Shown: positions 28,910-39,328 of the stretch, in pieces | How positions within the stretch are numbered: position 1 is the stretch's first letter | How the letters are laid out: each line of letters starts with the position of its first letter | Assembly (NCBI GenBank): GCA_937934185.1 | Contig: CALHAB010000040.1 | Coordinates: 14,174-78,173 of the forward strand | Length of the DNA stretch: 64,000 nt | Source: an uncultured Ignavibacterium sp. | GTDB taxonomy: Bacteria; Bacteroidota; Ignavibacteria; Ignavibacteriales; Ignavibacteriaceae | Direction of reading: 5' to 3' | Translations under genes and position numbers: made by a program | Notes under the pieces: model-generated | What the model saw: the letters and a program-made list of their open reading frames with translations, nothing else | Told to the model about the DNA's origin: nothing | Database searches by the model: none

Positions 28910-31597
28910 TTGGTTGTAAGACAAGCCAGAAAAAAACTAGCGACCTCAATTTCAAAGATAGAGGTTCGAGATGAATTTCAATTCAACAAATGGCTTCGTC
29001 CGCCTGTAAATAAAAAAATAGAAATTCCAAAAGTCCGCACTTTTGAAGATCCTTATCAAATAGAATTCGACAAACTTAAAGCGCCTTTGGCTGTAAAATT
29101 TAAGTTTAATTTCAATCTACCTGAACTTCCTTCTGTTAAATTTCCTGAATTTAATCAGAAGGCAAGAAGTTATATGGTATTTTTTACGATTCCTAAACAG
29201 AGGATAATTGATAAAAGTGATGTTTTTGTTTGTAATAAAAAAGCTGATGTGAAATCAATTGACTTTGCTCTGGAAACTACAGTTATTAACAAATCTGAAA
29301 TTTATATTCCTCAAGCTCCCAGGATATTTCAAAAACAATTTGCTGTGTCTGTTCCGCAGTTAAAGGAAATTCCATTACTTATCAGACAGCCGATTATAAA
29401 AGATTATCTGGCTGAAATGATTCCTGAAATTATAAAAATTGATTTGCTCGATGAGAAATCTGTATCGTTCGACATTGATCAGAATGAATTGTGGCAGAAA
29501 TTGGAAATTGATAAAATCAAAACTCCCAAGATTTATAAAATTAAAGTTCCGGGAGTTGAAAATATTTTCAACAGCATTACCTCGACAAGGGTTATTCCGA
29601 TAATTGATCTGGAAATTACTCCTATTTATGATTTCAAGACTTCAATCGATTCAATACCTAAAATTTCAAAAGCCAAGTTTGAGCTGAACAAGACTTCAAC
29701 TCAGAAAATAAACTTCGCACAATATGAAACTAAAGCAGAAGTGATTGATGTATTAGGTGCAGATAAAAATTCTTATTCTGATAAGATTAAACATATTCTT
29801 TCTCCGATTATTGATCTCAACTGGGAAGATGTAGTTCAACAACTTAACTTTTTGAAAGAGCATGAAATTGAAGGCGCAAAGTTTTTAACTGAAAAGAATT
29901 TTGCAATATTATCTGATGAACTTGGAATTGATAAAAAGACACAGATTCTTGCGGCTGCAAAATTCTTACTGCGTACAGGAAATATCAATTCAGTTTTGTG
30001 TATTACTCAGGATAAAAAATTATTTGATTTATCTCTTGGAAAGAAATTCGATTATGATTCCGGCTGGGAAAGTGTGCTTTTAAGAAAATTTCCTGATCTT
30101 CATTACACAATAATTTCTTCTGAACAAAATATTTCTGAAAGACAAACACATTTAACATTTCTGCCTATCAGTAAATTAAGCCTTGATTCAATTGACTTTC
30201 TGAAAAAACTTCGAAGGTTTGATCTTGTAATAGTCGATGATTTAATAGCCGGCTTTTCATCAAAAGAAATTATTGATCAGATAATTAATAAAATTGAGCC
30301 GCAATATTTATGGATAACCTCTGATATTGTTAATGAGGGAATTAATGAGACTTTACTGAATGAGTTTGACTTTGGTAACAAAGTTAAATTCAGTTGGCTT
30401 GGAAGAAGTCTCGAAAATATCAAGTCAGATTCAGAAACGATCAGAAAAGAAATATGGTTTGAACTCGATGAGATGCAGGTTTTTGAGTATGAAGAAGCAG
30501 TAAATTCTGCAAAGGATGAATTAATAAAAACTTTCGAGACGATGAATCCGTTCAAGTTTCAATCTAATATTTTTACCCTGATTCATAAACTTAAACAGAT
30601 ACTTAATTTTTCATCATTCAGAAATATCAGTCCAAAAGCAACTCATCTGATTGAACAGTTAGTTTCTATTTCCAGAAACCGGCGGAAAGCTCTCATCTTC
30701 ACTCAATATGATGAGAACGGACTTAAGAAAATTGATCAGCTATTGGCCAATAATGATTTGAAATTTGTGTTGATAAAAAATGGGGCAACCGTTGAAGAAA
30801 TTAAAAAATCCATCGAGGATTTTTATAACAGAAAAGAAATTTGTGCTCTTGTTACAAATCTTAAACCTGCAAAGCTTTCAATTGATCTATCAAAGATTTC
30901 TTACATAATTAACTTTGACCAATGGTGGAATCCTGTTATAAATTGGCAGAACGAAGCAGAACTTAAACTTAACAGCCCAAGAAACAATAAAATTGTAGTA
31001 TTTGATTACTTCATCAAAAATACTTTTGAGGAAGAACTAAAATATTTTCTTCTTAGAAAAGGATTACTTAACAAAGATGTATTTGAATTTGTAAAGAACG
31101 AAGTAATAGCAGATATGATTCCTCCATCACAATGGTTGAAATTCTTCGGTCATACAGTTACTGATGATGAAAGTGATAATGAGTTATATGAAGAATTAGT
31201 TTCATTCATTGAGCAGACTGATTTGGCAAAATTTAAGGAGATGGTTCAGCTTGTGCTTAATTCACTTGGTTTCAAAGAGATAGAAATACTTGATATAAAA
31301 CAGGAACCATCTTTTTATATCACAGGTTCAGCAAAACGCGGAAGGCATAAATTTGAACTTCAGGCAAAAGGTATTATGTCTGATAAAGTAACCTTAGCTG
31401 ATTATGAAGAAATGCTGACAACTCAGAATAAAGAAAAAGACTCAAAGCGATTGTTGTTCGCAAATTGCGAAATAGAAAGAATTGAAACCGACAGAATAAC
31501 TTTCATTGATAAATTTTTACTTGCAAATTACATTCAACTTCTTGGTTACATTTACAAATTCTTAACAAAAAGAACCGCAGTAAGTAAATCAATATAA
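28910..31597 (+). CDS. Degenerate SNF2-family helicase-like protein with a C-terminal Mrr-like domain
   Basis: EGAKFL...AILSDELGIDKKTQ, FDLVIVDD, KALIFTQY, INFDQWWNP and KNTFEE follow SNF2 motif order. C-terminal FKEMVQLVLNSLGF...LQAK...ITFID resembles Mrr_cat. Confidence 0.75.
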   Translation: MVVRQARKKLATSISKIEVRDEFQFNKWLRPPVNKKIEIPKVRTFEDPYQIEFDKLKAPLAVKFKFNFNLPELPSVKFPEFNQKARSYMVFFTIPKQRIIDKSDVFVCNKKADVKSIDFALETTVINKSEIYIPQAPRIFQKQFAVSVPQLKEIPLLIRQPIIKDYLAEMIPEIIKIDLLDEKSVSFDIDQNELWQKLEIDKIKTPKIYKIKVPGVENIFNSITSTRVIPIIDLEITPIYDFKTSIDSIPKISKAKFELNKTSTQKINFAQYETKAEVIDVLGADKNSYSDKIKHILSPIIDLNWEDVVQQLNFLKEHEIEGAKFLTEKNFAILSDELGIDKKTQILAAAKFLLRTGNINSVLCITQDKKLFDLSLGKKFDYDSGWESVLLRKFPDLHYTIISSEQNISERQTHLTFLPISKLSLDSIDFLKKLRRFDLVIVDDLIAGFSSKEIIDQIINKIEPQYLWITSDIVNEGINETLLNEFDFGNKVKFSWLGRSLENIKSDSETIRKEIWFELDEMQVFEYEEAVNSAKDELIKTFETMNPFKFQSNIFTLIHKLKQILNFSSFRNISPKATHLIEQLVSISRNRRKALIFTQYDENGLKKIDQLLANNDLKFVLIKNGATVEEIKKSIEDFYNRKEICALVTNLKPAKLSIDLSKISYIINFDQWWNPVINWQNEAELKLNSPRNNKIVVFDYFIKNTFEEELKYFLLRKGLLNKDVFEFVKNEVIADMIPPSQWLKFFGHTVTDDESDNELYEELVSFIEQTDLAKFKEMVQLVLNSLGFKEIEILDIKQEPSFYITGSAKRGRHKFELQAKGIMSDKVTLADYEEMLTTQNKEKDSKRLLFANCEIERIETDRITFIDKFLLANYIQLLGYIYKFLTKRTAVSKSI

Positions 31598-33193
31598 TTC
31601 ATCATATTTTGTCATCAACTCTTCGAACAAAAGCCAGCATCTGTTTACTACTTTAACCTGCCAGTCAAAGCAATAATCAGTTATAAACTTAATCGCTTTA
31701 TTTTTATCTCTCTTAAAAAGATCCAATGCTTCCTGTTCGAAAGATTTTTGATTTTCAAACAACTCTTTTTGCCAGGGATCCCAAACCGCACGAACATCTT
31801 TTCTCATATCGCCCCAGCGCTGATGTGCGAGTGAACTCATTGCATTAAAAGCCCACCAGGCAGATTTTCTTGTGAATCCATTCTCGCGTCCCGGAGTAGA
31901 AGTAGTTTCAGGAACTTTTGTAATACTGCAATAGTGCGGGGTGTAAATTGAAGTCGCTACATTATCCCACGCTAACCAAACCAAACCACCTATTTCATCG
32001 GGCAACCAGTTACGACATTGAATAATTGTTGCATACATAGTGTACCAGCGGGCAATTGTTCTTTCACCTCGCCAGCCCCAGCCGCCGTTAATCTTAAGTA
32101 ATTTATTCATATCATAAGGCATCTGTGGATTTGCTAATGGAGAAATAATTGTTCTTCCACTATCATCAGTCACAGTGAGATTTTTTGTCATGTCGAATTC
32201 AGTTCCTTCATAGTAATCCGAGAATATCTCAACCATCTTTTCAAGAGTTATTGGTGCATCAGGTTTAACTGAAAAAGGATAATTTTCAGAGTTCGGGTCA
32301 AGCTTTAACGATGGAGCAGCCAAATCAAATACCCGCCATTCTCTTCTTCTAGCGGCAAGAGAATTTCTGTCGGCATAAGCATAACAAAACTCAAAAGGTC
32401 CGTCTTTTGGATTCCACCAGCCGTTTTCAATCGCAACTTCAAAAACATTTTTTGAATACATAAAATTATCTGTATCACTTGAATCAATTTGTCTGATGCG
32501 GCTCGCATTTGCATTTACGCTAATGTGGTCATCCGGAACTCTTTGAGCAACCCAAACTGCACCAACTTTGTCTTTACCAGGTCCAACAACTTCAAACATC
32601 CAGACTTCATTCGGATCTGCAATTGAAAGACATTCGCCTTCATCGTTCCAGCCATATGTTTCTAAAAGTTCTCCAGCCATTTTGATTGCATCTCTTGCAG
32701 TAGAGCATCTTTCAACCATTAAGGTTACTAATTGAGTGCAGTCAATCAATCCTTTCTCTGAAACAAGCTCTGGTCTTCCGCCAAATGTAGATTCACCAAT
32801 TGCAAGTTGTTTGGTATTAATGCAAGGATAAGCTGTGTTAATATATCCGAAAGTACTTTCAACTTCAGGAATTTTTCCGGTTTCAACAAATTTATAGGCA
32901 GGCATTTTTTTAGAATTATCAGGAACTCTTTTGTAGAGAGTTTTCATTGTCCCTGGTTTAAAAGTTTTGGCGGGAACTATATCAAATTCACTTCTGGTTC
33001 GATGACTGTCATCTGTATGTGAAGTCATCACACTTCCATCAAAACTCGCTAATTTACCAACGGCTATTGTTGTACAACCTTCTGGAAAGCCATCAACCCA
33101 GTCTGGTTTAATTTCATCTTTTGTTTGAAGATGTTGAGAATAGGAAATGAAGTTGAACAAGAAAAGACTAATTAACAGAATTATTTTGTTCAT
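31589..33193 (-). CDS. Secreted C69 family dipeptidase (Ntn hydrolase)
   Basis: GCTTIAVGKLASFDGS (Cys nucleophile), QLAIGESTF, IADPNEVW and WVAQRVPDD motifs; start at ATG 33193. Confidence 0.9.
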   Translation of the reverse strand: MNKIILLISLFLFNFISYSQHLQTKDEIKPDWVDGFPEGCTTIAVGKLASFDGSVMTSHTDDSHRTRSEFDIVPAKTFKPGTMKTLYKRVPDNSKKMPAYKFVETGKIPEVESTFGYINTAYPCINTKQLAIGESTFGGRPELVSEKGLIDCTQLVTLMVERCSTARDAIKMAGELLETYGWNDEGECLSIADPNEVWMFEVVGPGKDKVGAVWVAQRVPDDHISVNANASRIRQIDSSDTDNFMYSKNVFEVAIENGWWNPKDGPFEFCYAYADRNSLAARRREWRVFDLAAPSLKLDPNSENYPFSVKPDAPITLEKMVEIFSDYYEGTEFDMTKNLTVTDDSGRTIISPLANPQMPYDMNKLLKINGGWGWRGERTIARWYTMYATIIQCRNWLPDEIGGLVWLAWDNVATSIYTPHYCSITKVPETTSTPGRENGFTRKSAWWAFNAMSSLAHQRWGDMRKDVRAVWDPWQKELFENQKSFEQEALDLFKRDKNKAIKFITDYCFDWQVKVVNRCWLLFEELMTKYDELY

Positions 33194-33275
33194 ATAAAAC
33201 CTTGATGATATTTTAACTCTTAGTTGTTTCAAATATAAATTAACTCATCAACACACAAAAATTTTTTTATGAATT

Positions 33276-33596
33276 ATGAGCAGTAAAAATATCTACTTAG
33301 ACATCCCGGATAAATTTCCTGATGAAATAATTGAAACAATCTTTAAATCTGAAAATGTCAGAATAGAGAGAATTATTTCGAAAGGGCATTCGAGTCCGGA
33401 AAATTTCTGGTACAACCAGGAAGAAAATGAATGGGTAATTGTTCTTGAAGGTAAAGCAGAAATTAAATACGATGATGATTCTACGGATATCCTTCGTAAA
33501 GGTGACTACTTATTTATCCCGGCTCATAAAAAACACAGAGTTGAATGGACAAGTCCGGATGAATTAACAATTTGGCTTGCAGTGTTTTTTAAATAG
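33276..33596 (+). CDS. Cupin domain protein
   Basis: RIERIISKGH, WYNQEENEWV and GDYLFIPAHKKHRVEWT motifs. Confidence 0.9.
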   Translation: MSSKNIYLDIPDKFPDEIIETIFKSENVRIERIISKGHSSPENFWYNQEENEWVIVLEGKAEIKYDDDSTDILRKGDYLFIPAHKKHRVEWTSPDELTIWLAVFFK

Positions 33597-33698
33597 AATA
33601 ATTCATTCGTCATATTAATAACTCAAATACAAACTTTTGATATTTTTTAGTGCCTGCATATATTTGGCAATCATTTTTGAAGAAATTTTAATCGGTAA

Positions 33699-34994
33699 AT
33701 GCAGCAAATTACAATCAGTGACTTAAAGAATTTTGTAGGACAAGAAGTTACTTTATACGGATGGCTTTATCATAAAAGATCAAGTGGAAAAATTAAATTT
33801 TTAGTGTTGCGTGACGGAACAGGTTATGTTCAATGTGTTTATTTCAAAGGCAATGTAAGCGATGAAATATTTGATATAGCAGATCGTATCGGACAGGAAT
33901 CCTCAATTATTGTTACAGGCAAAGTAAAGCAGGAACCAAAAGCTCCCGGCGGCTACGAACTTGATGCCTCAGACCTAAAAATAATTCACGAAACTCACGA
34001 TTACCCAATTACTCCCAAAGAACACGGAATAGAATTTTTACTTGATAACCGACATCTCTGGCTTCGTTCAAAGCGACAGGTTGCAATTATGAGAGTTCGA
34101 CATCGGGTAGTAAAAGCTATCCGCGATTTCTTTGACGGAAAAGGTTTTACTTTAATGGATGCTCCGATACTTACTCCAAATGCTGTTGAAGGTACATCCA
34201 CACTTTTCGAAACTAAATATTTTGATTTGGGAAGTGCTTATCTTACTCAGTCAGGTCAGCTTTATGCAGAAGCCGGTGCAATGGCTCTTGGAAAAGTTTA
34301 TACATTCGGTCCAACTTTCAGAGCGGAGAAATCTAAAACAAGAAGGCACTTAACTGAATTCTGGATGGTTGAACCCGAGGTTGCTTTTGCTGATTTGAAT
34401 GATGATATGGATCTTGCTGAAGAATTTCTCGAGTACATTGTTCAGACCGTTCTTAAAGAAAAAGAAGAAGAATTAAAAATTCTTGAAAGAGATACAACAA
34501 AGCTTCAAAATGTTAAAAGACCTTTCCCGCGAATTCATTATAATGAAGCTGTGGAAATTCTTAAGAAACACGGTGTTGAATTTCAGTGGGGAAATGATTT
34601 TGGCGGTGGTGATGAAACAATAATTTCAGAACAATTTGACAGACCGGTTATGGTTCATCATTATCCTGCTGAAGTGAAAGCATTTTATATGAAACGCGAT
34701 CCACAGGATGAACGATTTGCATTAGCCGTGGATGTTCTTGCACCTGAAGGTTACGGTGAAATTATTGGCGGCTCACAAAGAGAGGACGACCTTGACACAC
34801 TTTTGAAGAGAATTGCAGAACATAATTTACCTCAGTCGGCATTCGAATGGTATCTTGACTTGAGAAGATTTGGTTCAGTTCCTCATTCCGGTTTTGGTTT
34901 GGGATTGGAAAGAACAGTAAGCTGGATTTGTGGACTCGAGCATCTGAGAGAAGCAATTCCTTTCCCAAGATTGATTTACAGAAATACACCTTAA
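33699..34994 (+). CDS. asnS: Asparagine--tRNA ligase
   Basis: OB fold with LRDGTG; [41 protein letters not shown] and [11 protein letters not shown] motifs. Confidence 0.96.
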   Translation: MQQITISDLKNFVGQEVTLYGWLYHKRSSGKIKFLVLRDGTGYVQCVYFKGNVSDEIFDIADRIGQESSIIVTGKVKQEPKAPGGYELDASDLKIIHETHDYPITPKEHGIEFLLDNRHLWLRSKRQVAIMRVRHRVVKAIRDFFDGKGFTLMDAPILTPNAVEGTSTLFETKYFDLGSAYLTQSGQLYAEAGAMALGKVYTFGPTFRAEKSKTRRHLTEFWMVEPEVAFADLNDDMDLAEEFLEYIVQTVLKEKEEELKILERDTTKLQNVKRPFPRIHYNEAVEILKKHGVEFQWGNDFGGGDETIISEQFDRPVMVHHYPAEVKAFYMKRDPQDERFALAVDVLAPEGYGEIIGGSQREDDLDTLLKRIAEHNLPQSAFEWYLDLRRFGSVPHSGFGLGLERTVSWICGLEHLREAIPFPRLIYRNTP

Positions 34995-34999
34995 TTATT

Positions 35000-35515
35000 A
35001 TGACTTTAGAAGTAATATTATTTTTTATTTTCGGTTTTGTTGCTGCAATTGCCGCAGTAATGATGATTACAAGAACCAATCCTGTAATCGCTGCTCTTTA
35101 TTTGATTCTTAATATGGCATCACTTGCGGGTCTGTATCTGACTCTCAATGCACAATTTATAGCAGTTGCTCAGGTGATTGTTTATGCAGGAGCAATTATG
35201 GTTCTGTTCCTTTTTGTTATAATGCTGTTAAGACCCGATAATGAAAGAAAGTTTATGGAATCAAATCCGAAAATTAAAATCTTTGCTTTCATTGTTGCCG
35301 GATTTGTTTTACTTCAATTAGTGTATATAATCTTCTTTTCTGCTCCATCAAAAATTTTACAGAAAAATCTTGAGGCAAGTGTACAAGCCGGAACGATTGA
35401 ATCAATCGGTAATGAACTTTTCAGAAATTATGTATTACCATTTGAAGCTGCTGGTTTCCTGCTTCTGGCTGCTACAATTGGTGCAATTTTATTAGCAAAG
35501 AAAAAAATTGAATAG
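35000..35515 (+). CDS. nuoJ: NADH-quinone oxidoreductase subunit J
   Basis: [20 protein letters not shown] and YVLPFE motifs; ATG at 35000. Confidence 0.95.
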   Translation: MTLEVILFFIFGFVAAIAAVMMITRTNPVIAALYLILNMASLAGLYLTLNAQFIAVAQVIVYAGAIMVLFLFVIMLLRPDNERKFMESNPKIKIFAFIVAGFVLLQLVYIIFFSAPSKILQKNLEASVQAGTIESIGNELFRNYVLPFEAAGFLLLAATIGAILLAKKKIE

Positions 35516-35517
35516 TT

Positions 35518-35823
35518 ATGACAATTACAATTGAGTATTACTTAGTTCTTAGTGCATTTATGTTTCTGGTTGGTGTAGCAGGTGTGCTCATCAGAAGAAA
35601 CGCAATAGTAGTTTTTATGTGCATCGAATTAATGCTGAATTCAGCAAACCTCACTATGATTGCATTCGCTTCATTCCTTGGAAGCTCTGTTGGACAATTA
35701 TTTGTATTCTTTGTAATGACAGTTGCCGCAGCCGAAGCTGCTGTTGGTCTGGCAATAATCATAGCTATATTCAGAAATAAACTTACTGTTAATATTGACG
35801 AAATAAATATACTCAAGTGGTAA
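35518..35823 (+). CDS. nuoK: NADH-quinone oxidoreductase subunit K
   Basis: [16 protein letters not shown] and [11 protein letters not shown] motifs. Confidence 0.96.
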   Translation: MTITIEYYLVLSAFMFLVGVAGVLIRRNAIVVFMCIELMLNSANLTMIAFASFLGSSVGQLFVFFVMTVAAAEAAVGLAIIIAIFRNKLTVNIDEINILKW

Positions 35824-35832
35824 TAAGTTTTT

Positions 35833-37770
35833 ATGCGTGAATTAATCTACTTAACAGTACTTCTTCCATTAGCAGGATTCCTGATAAACGGAATTTTTGG
35901 AAGTCGTATTAAAAATGAAAAAGTAATCGGAACAATCGGTAGCGGAGTTATCGGAATTTCATTTTTAATTGCACTTGGTGCTTTCTTTGAGACATTATCT
36001 CTTCCAGTTGAACAAAGACAGCTTATTGTAACATTATTTACCTGGCTTGATGTCGGTGGATTGAATGTGAGTTTTTCCTATCAGGTTGATCAGCTCTCAT
36101 TAGTAATGGCATTGATTGTAACCGGTGTCGGATTTGTAATTCATGTTTATTCAATTGGTTATATGCACGGTGATAAAGGTTTCTGGAGATTCTTTGCATA
36201 TCTTAATCTCTTCATCTTCGCAATGATGAATCTTATTCTTGCAGATAATTTTGTGCTTCTCTTTCTCGGTTGGGAAGGCGTGGGACTTTGCTCATATCTT
36301 CTGATTGGTTTTTGGTATGACAGAAAATTTGAAAAAAGCACAACATCAGATGCTGCTAAAAAAGCTTTCATCGTAAACAGAATTGGTGACTTTGGTTTTC
36401 TGCTCGGAATGTTTTTAATCTTCCTCACTTTTGGTTCATTAAACTTTAATGAAGTTTTCAGTAAAGCAAATACATTTTCAGTCTCAGCTTCGATTTATGG
36501 ATTTATAACATTATTCCTTTTTATTGGTGCAACCGGTAAATCGGCACAGATTCCTCTTTATGTCTGGCTTCCTGATGCAATGGCTGGTCCGACTCCTGTT
36601 TCAGCACTAATCCATGCTGCAACAATGGTTACTGCCGGAGTTTATATGGTTGCAAGATGTTCAGTTTTATTTGCCTCTGCACCACAAATTATGATTGTTG
36701 TTGCTGTAATTGGATTGATGACAGCATTCTTTGCAGCTACAATTGGAATTGTACAAAATGATATTAAAAAAGTATTAGCTTATTCCACAATCAGTCAGCT
36801 CGGATATATGTTCCTTGCAATGGGTGTTGGTGCTTTCAGCGCAGGAATTTTCCATGTAATGACTCACGCATTCTTCAAAGCTTTACTGTTTCTTGGTGCT
36901 GGGAGTGTTATTCACGCAATGCACGAAGAACAGGATATTCAGCGCTACGGCGGATTGAAAAAATATATGCCTCAGACAGCAATAACATTTTTAATAGCCG
37001 CTTTAGCGATTTCCGGTATTCCACCGCTTTCCGGATTTTTCAGCAAAGATGAAATACTGTGGTATTCTTTTGCTAATGGTAGCTTTATTTTATGGCTTAT
37101 TGGTGTGATTACTGCTATGATGACTGCGTTTTATATGTTCAGATTATACTTCTTAACATTTGAAGGAAAGGAAAGATTTGGTCACGACAAGCACCCTCAC
37201 GAATCACCAAAAGTAATGACTATTCCTTTGATAATTCTTGCTGTGCTTTCAGTAATCGGTGGATTTGTTGGAATTCCGGAAGTCTTCAGTGGTGAACATG
37301 GAAATCAGTTCCATAACTGGTTAGCTCCGATCTTTAAAGATGCCGATAGAAAGCTGATGCATTTTGGTTTGCATTCGCATTTTGAAGAAATTTTGTTAAT
37401 GGTAATTTCGGTCATCGCAGCAGCATCATCAATTTTGTTTGCCAGATATATTTATCTGAGAAAACCGGAAATTGCTTCAAGAACAGCTTCTCGCTTCAAA
37501 GGATTATACAATCTTCTCTGGAATAAATATTTTGTTGATGAGATTTATGATGCAATTATAGTTAATCCTACTGTAACAATTTCAAGAAATATTTTGTGGA
37601 AGATTGCTGATAACAAAATCATTGACGGAACTGTTAACGGAGCAGCAAAGCTAATCGATGTTCTATCTGCAACAATAAGAAAGATTCAAACTGGAGTGGC
37701 TCAGCTATATGCATTAGTTATGGTGCTGGGCATAGCTGCAGCTTTATTATGGATAATATTGAGTTTTTAA
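35833..37770 (+). CDS. nuoL: NADH-quinone oxidoreductase subunit L
   Basis: GWEGVGLCSYLLIGFW, GKSAQIPLYVWLPDAMAGPTPVSALIHAATMV and HAFFKALLFL motifs. Confidence 0.97.
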   Translation: MRELIYLTVLLPLAGFLINGIFGSRIKNEKVIGTIGSGVIGISFLIALGAFFETLSLPVEQRQLIVTLFTWLDVGGLNVSFSYQVDQLSLVMALIVTGVGFVIHVYSIGYMHGDKGFWRFFAYLNLFIFAMMNLILADNFVLLFLGWEGVGLCSYLLIGFWYDRKFEKSTTSDAAKKAFIVNRIGDFGFLLGMFLIFLTFGSLNFNEVFSKANTFSVSASIYGFITLFLFIGATGKSAQIPLYVWLPDAMAGPTPVSALIHAATMVTAGVYMVARCSVLFASAPQIMIVVAVIGLMTAFFAATIGIVQNDIKKVLAYSTISQLGYMFLAMGVGAFSAGIFHVMTHAFFKALLFLGAGSVIHAMHEEQDIQRYGGLKKYMPQTAITFLIAALAISGIPPLSGFFSKDEILWYSFANGSFILWLIGVITAMMTAFYMFRLYFLTFEGKERFGHDKHPHESPKVMTIPLIILAVLSVIGGFVGIPEVFSGEHGNQFHNWLAPIFKDADRKLMHFGLHSHFEEILLMVISVIAAASSILFARYIYLRKPEIASRTASRFKGLYNLLWNKYFVDEIYDAIIVNPTVTISRNILWKIADNKIIDGTVNGAAKLIDVLSATIRKIQTGVAQLYALVMVLGIAAALLWIILSF

Positions 37771-37773
37771 TTT

Positions 37774-39312
37774 ATGGAAAATAATTTTTTAATTACATAT
37801 CTGATTCTGCTTCCTCTAATCGGAGCTTTTGGCTTACTGTTTATCAATAAAGAAAAAGCTTCTGCAATAAGATATACAGGTCTGATATTTTCTGCATTAA
37901 CATTTATTGTTTCATTGTTTGTTTACTTTGGATTTGATCACTCTTCATCTGACTTTCAGTTTATTCACAAGTTTGAATGGATAACAGGACTTAATATTTT
38001 TTACTTTGTCGGAGTTGATGGTCTTTCACTTCTTTTAGTTTTATTAACTACTTTTCTAACTCCATTAACTTTGATTTCAAGCTGGTCAAGTATTGAACAT
38101 AAAATAAAAGAGTTCACCTTTTTCATGCTTTTACTCGAAACAGGAATGATTGGTGTTTTTGTTTCGCTCGATTTATTCCTGTTTTACATTTTCTGGGAAG
38201 CAATGCTTATTCCGATGTACTTTATAATCGGAATCTGGGGCGGTAAAGAAAGAATTTATGCTGCGATAAAGTTCTTTCTTTATACAATGTTCGGAAGTTT
38301 GTTGATGCTAGTTGCGATTGTCTGGTTAGCTGTTTATGCTTCAGGTTCACTTGGATATTTTACAACTGACATAACTAAATTGTATCTGGTTGCACCAACT
38401 ATTACAAAAGATATTCAGATATGGATGTTCCTTGCATTTGGTTTGAGCTTTGCAATTAAAGTTCCTCTTTTTCCGTTACATACCTGGTTACCCGATGCGC
38501 ATGTTCAGGCACCAACAGCTGGTTCTGTAATCCTTGCAGGAGTTTTGCTTAAAATGGGAACTTATGGTTTACTGAGATTTAATCTTCCGCTTTTCCCTGA
38601 TGCATCACTATACTTTGCTCCTTACTTTTCAGTATTAGCAATCATAGGAATTATTTACGGTGCATTGGTTGCAATGGTTCAGACAGATATGAAAAAGCTT
38701 GTTGCATACTCTTCCGTTTCGCATCTAGGTTTTGTTGTACTCGGAATATTTGCGATGACTCAGGAATCTGTGCAAGGTGCTGTTATTCAAATGATTAATC
38801 ACGGACTCTCAACCGGCGCGTTATTCCTTTTAGTCGGAGTTATTTACGAAAGAACTCACACCCGTGAAATTGCTGACTACGGTGGAATTGCCAAGCTTGT
38901 TCCATTCTTTGCTTTCTCATTGATGTTTGCTTCTTTATCTTCCATCGGATTGCCAGGATTAAACGGATTTGTTGGTGAGTTTTTAATTCTGTTGGGTTCA
39001 TTCAAATCCGGAGTTTTGAACAGCTGGTGGTTTACAGTATTTGCCGCAACCGGAGTAATATTCGCTGCTGTTTATCTGCTCTGGATGTATCAGCGTGTCG
39101 TTTTTGGTGAAGTTAAAAATCCTTCGCTGAACGGATTAAAAGATATGAATGCAAGAGAAATTTTTGTGATGATTCCGATTTTTATTTTCATCGTATGGAT
39201 TGGAATTTATCCATCAACATTCTTAAAGGTTTCCGAAAAAACATCTGCAAAAATAATTCATCAGGTTTTTAATCCTGTTCAAACTGCAGAAAAATTAATT
39301 AACAACAGGTAA
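37774..39312 (+). CDS. nuoM: NADH-quinone oxidoreductase subunit M
   Basis: FWEAMLIPMY, KVPLFPLHTWLPDAHVQAPT and GLPGLNGFVGE motifs. Confidence 0.97.
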   Translation: MENNFLITYLILLPLIGAFGLLFINKEKASAIRYTGLIFSALTFIVSLFVYFGFDHSSSDFQFIHKFEWITGLNIFYFVGVDGLSLLLVLLTTFLTPLTLISSWSSIEHKIKEFTFFMLLLETGMIGVFVSLDLFLFYIFWEAMLIPMYFIIGIWGGKERIYAAIKFFLYTMFGSLLMLVAIVWLAVYASGSLGYFTTDITKLYLVAPTITKDIQIWMFLAFGLSFAIKVPLFPLHTWLPDAHVQAPTAGSVILAGVLLKMGTYGLLRFNLPLFPDASLYFAPYFSVLAIIGIIYGALVAMVQTDMKKLVAYSSVSHLGFVVLGIFAMTQESVQGAVIQMINHGLSTGALFLLVGVIYERTHTREIADYGGIAKLVPFFAFSLMFASLSSIGLPGLNGFVGEFLILLGSFKSGVLNSWWFTVFAATGVIFAAVYLLWMYQRVVFGEVKNPSLNGLKDMNAREIFVMIPIFIFIVWIGIYPSTFLKVSEKTSAKIIHQVFNPVQTAEKLINNR

Positions 39313-39328
39313 ATTGAGTTTTTGATTT

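Noticed and set aside
28910-31597. Calling the SNF2-like gene a pseudogene or a known restriction/defence system
   Set aside because: The ORF is uninterrupted over 895 codons with structural motifs kept, and no methylase or other known partner genes are adjacent.
33664-33682. TGGCA upstream of asnS as a second sigma54 site
   Set aside because: There is no GC at the -12 position (TGGCAATCATTTTTGA). The site is better explained as part of TATATTTG.
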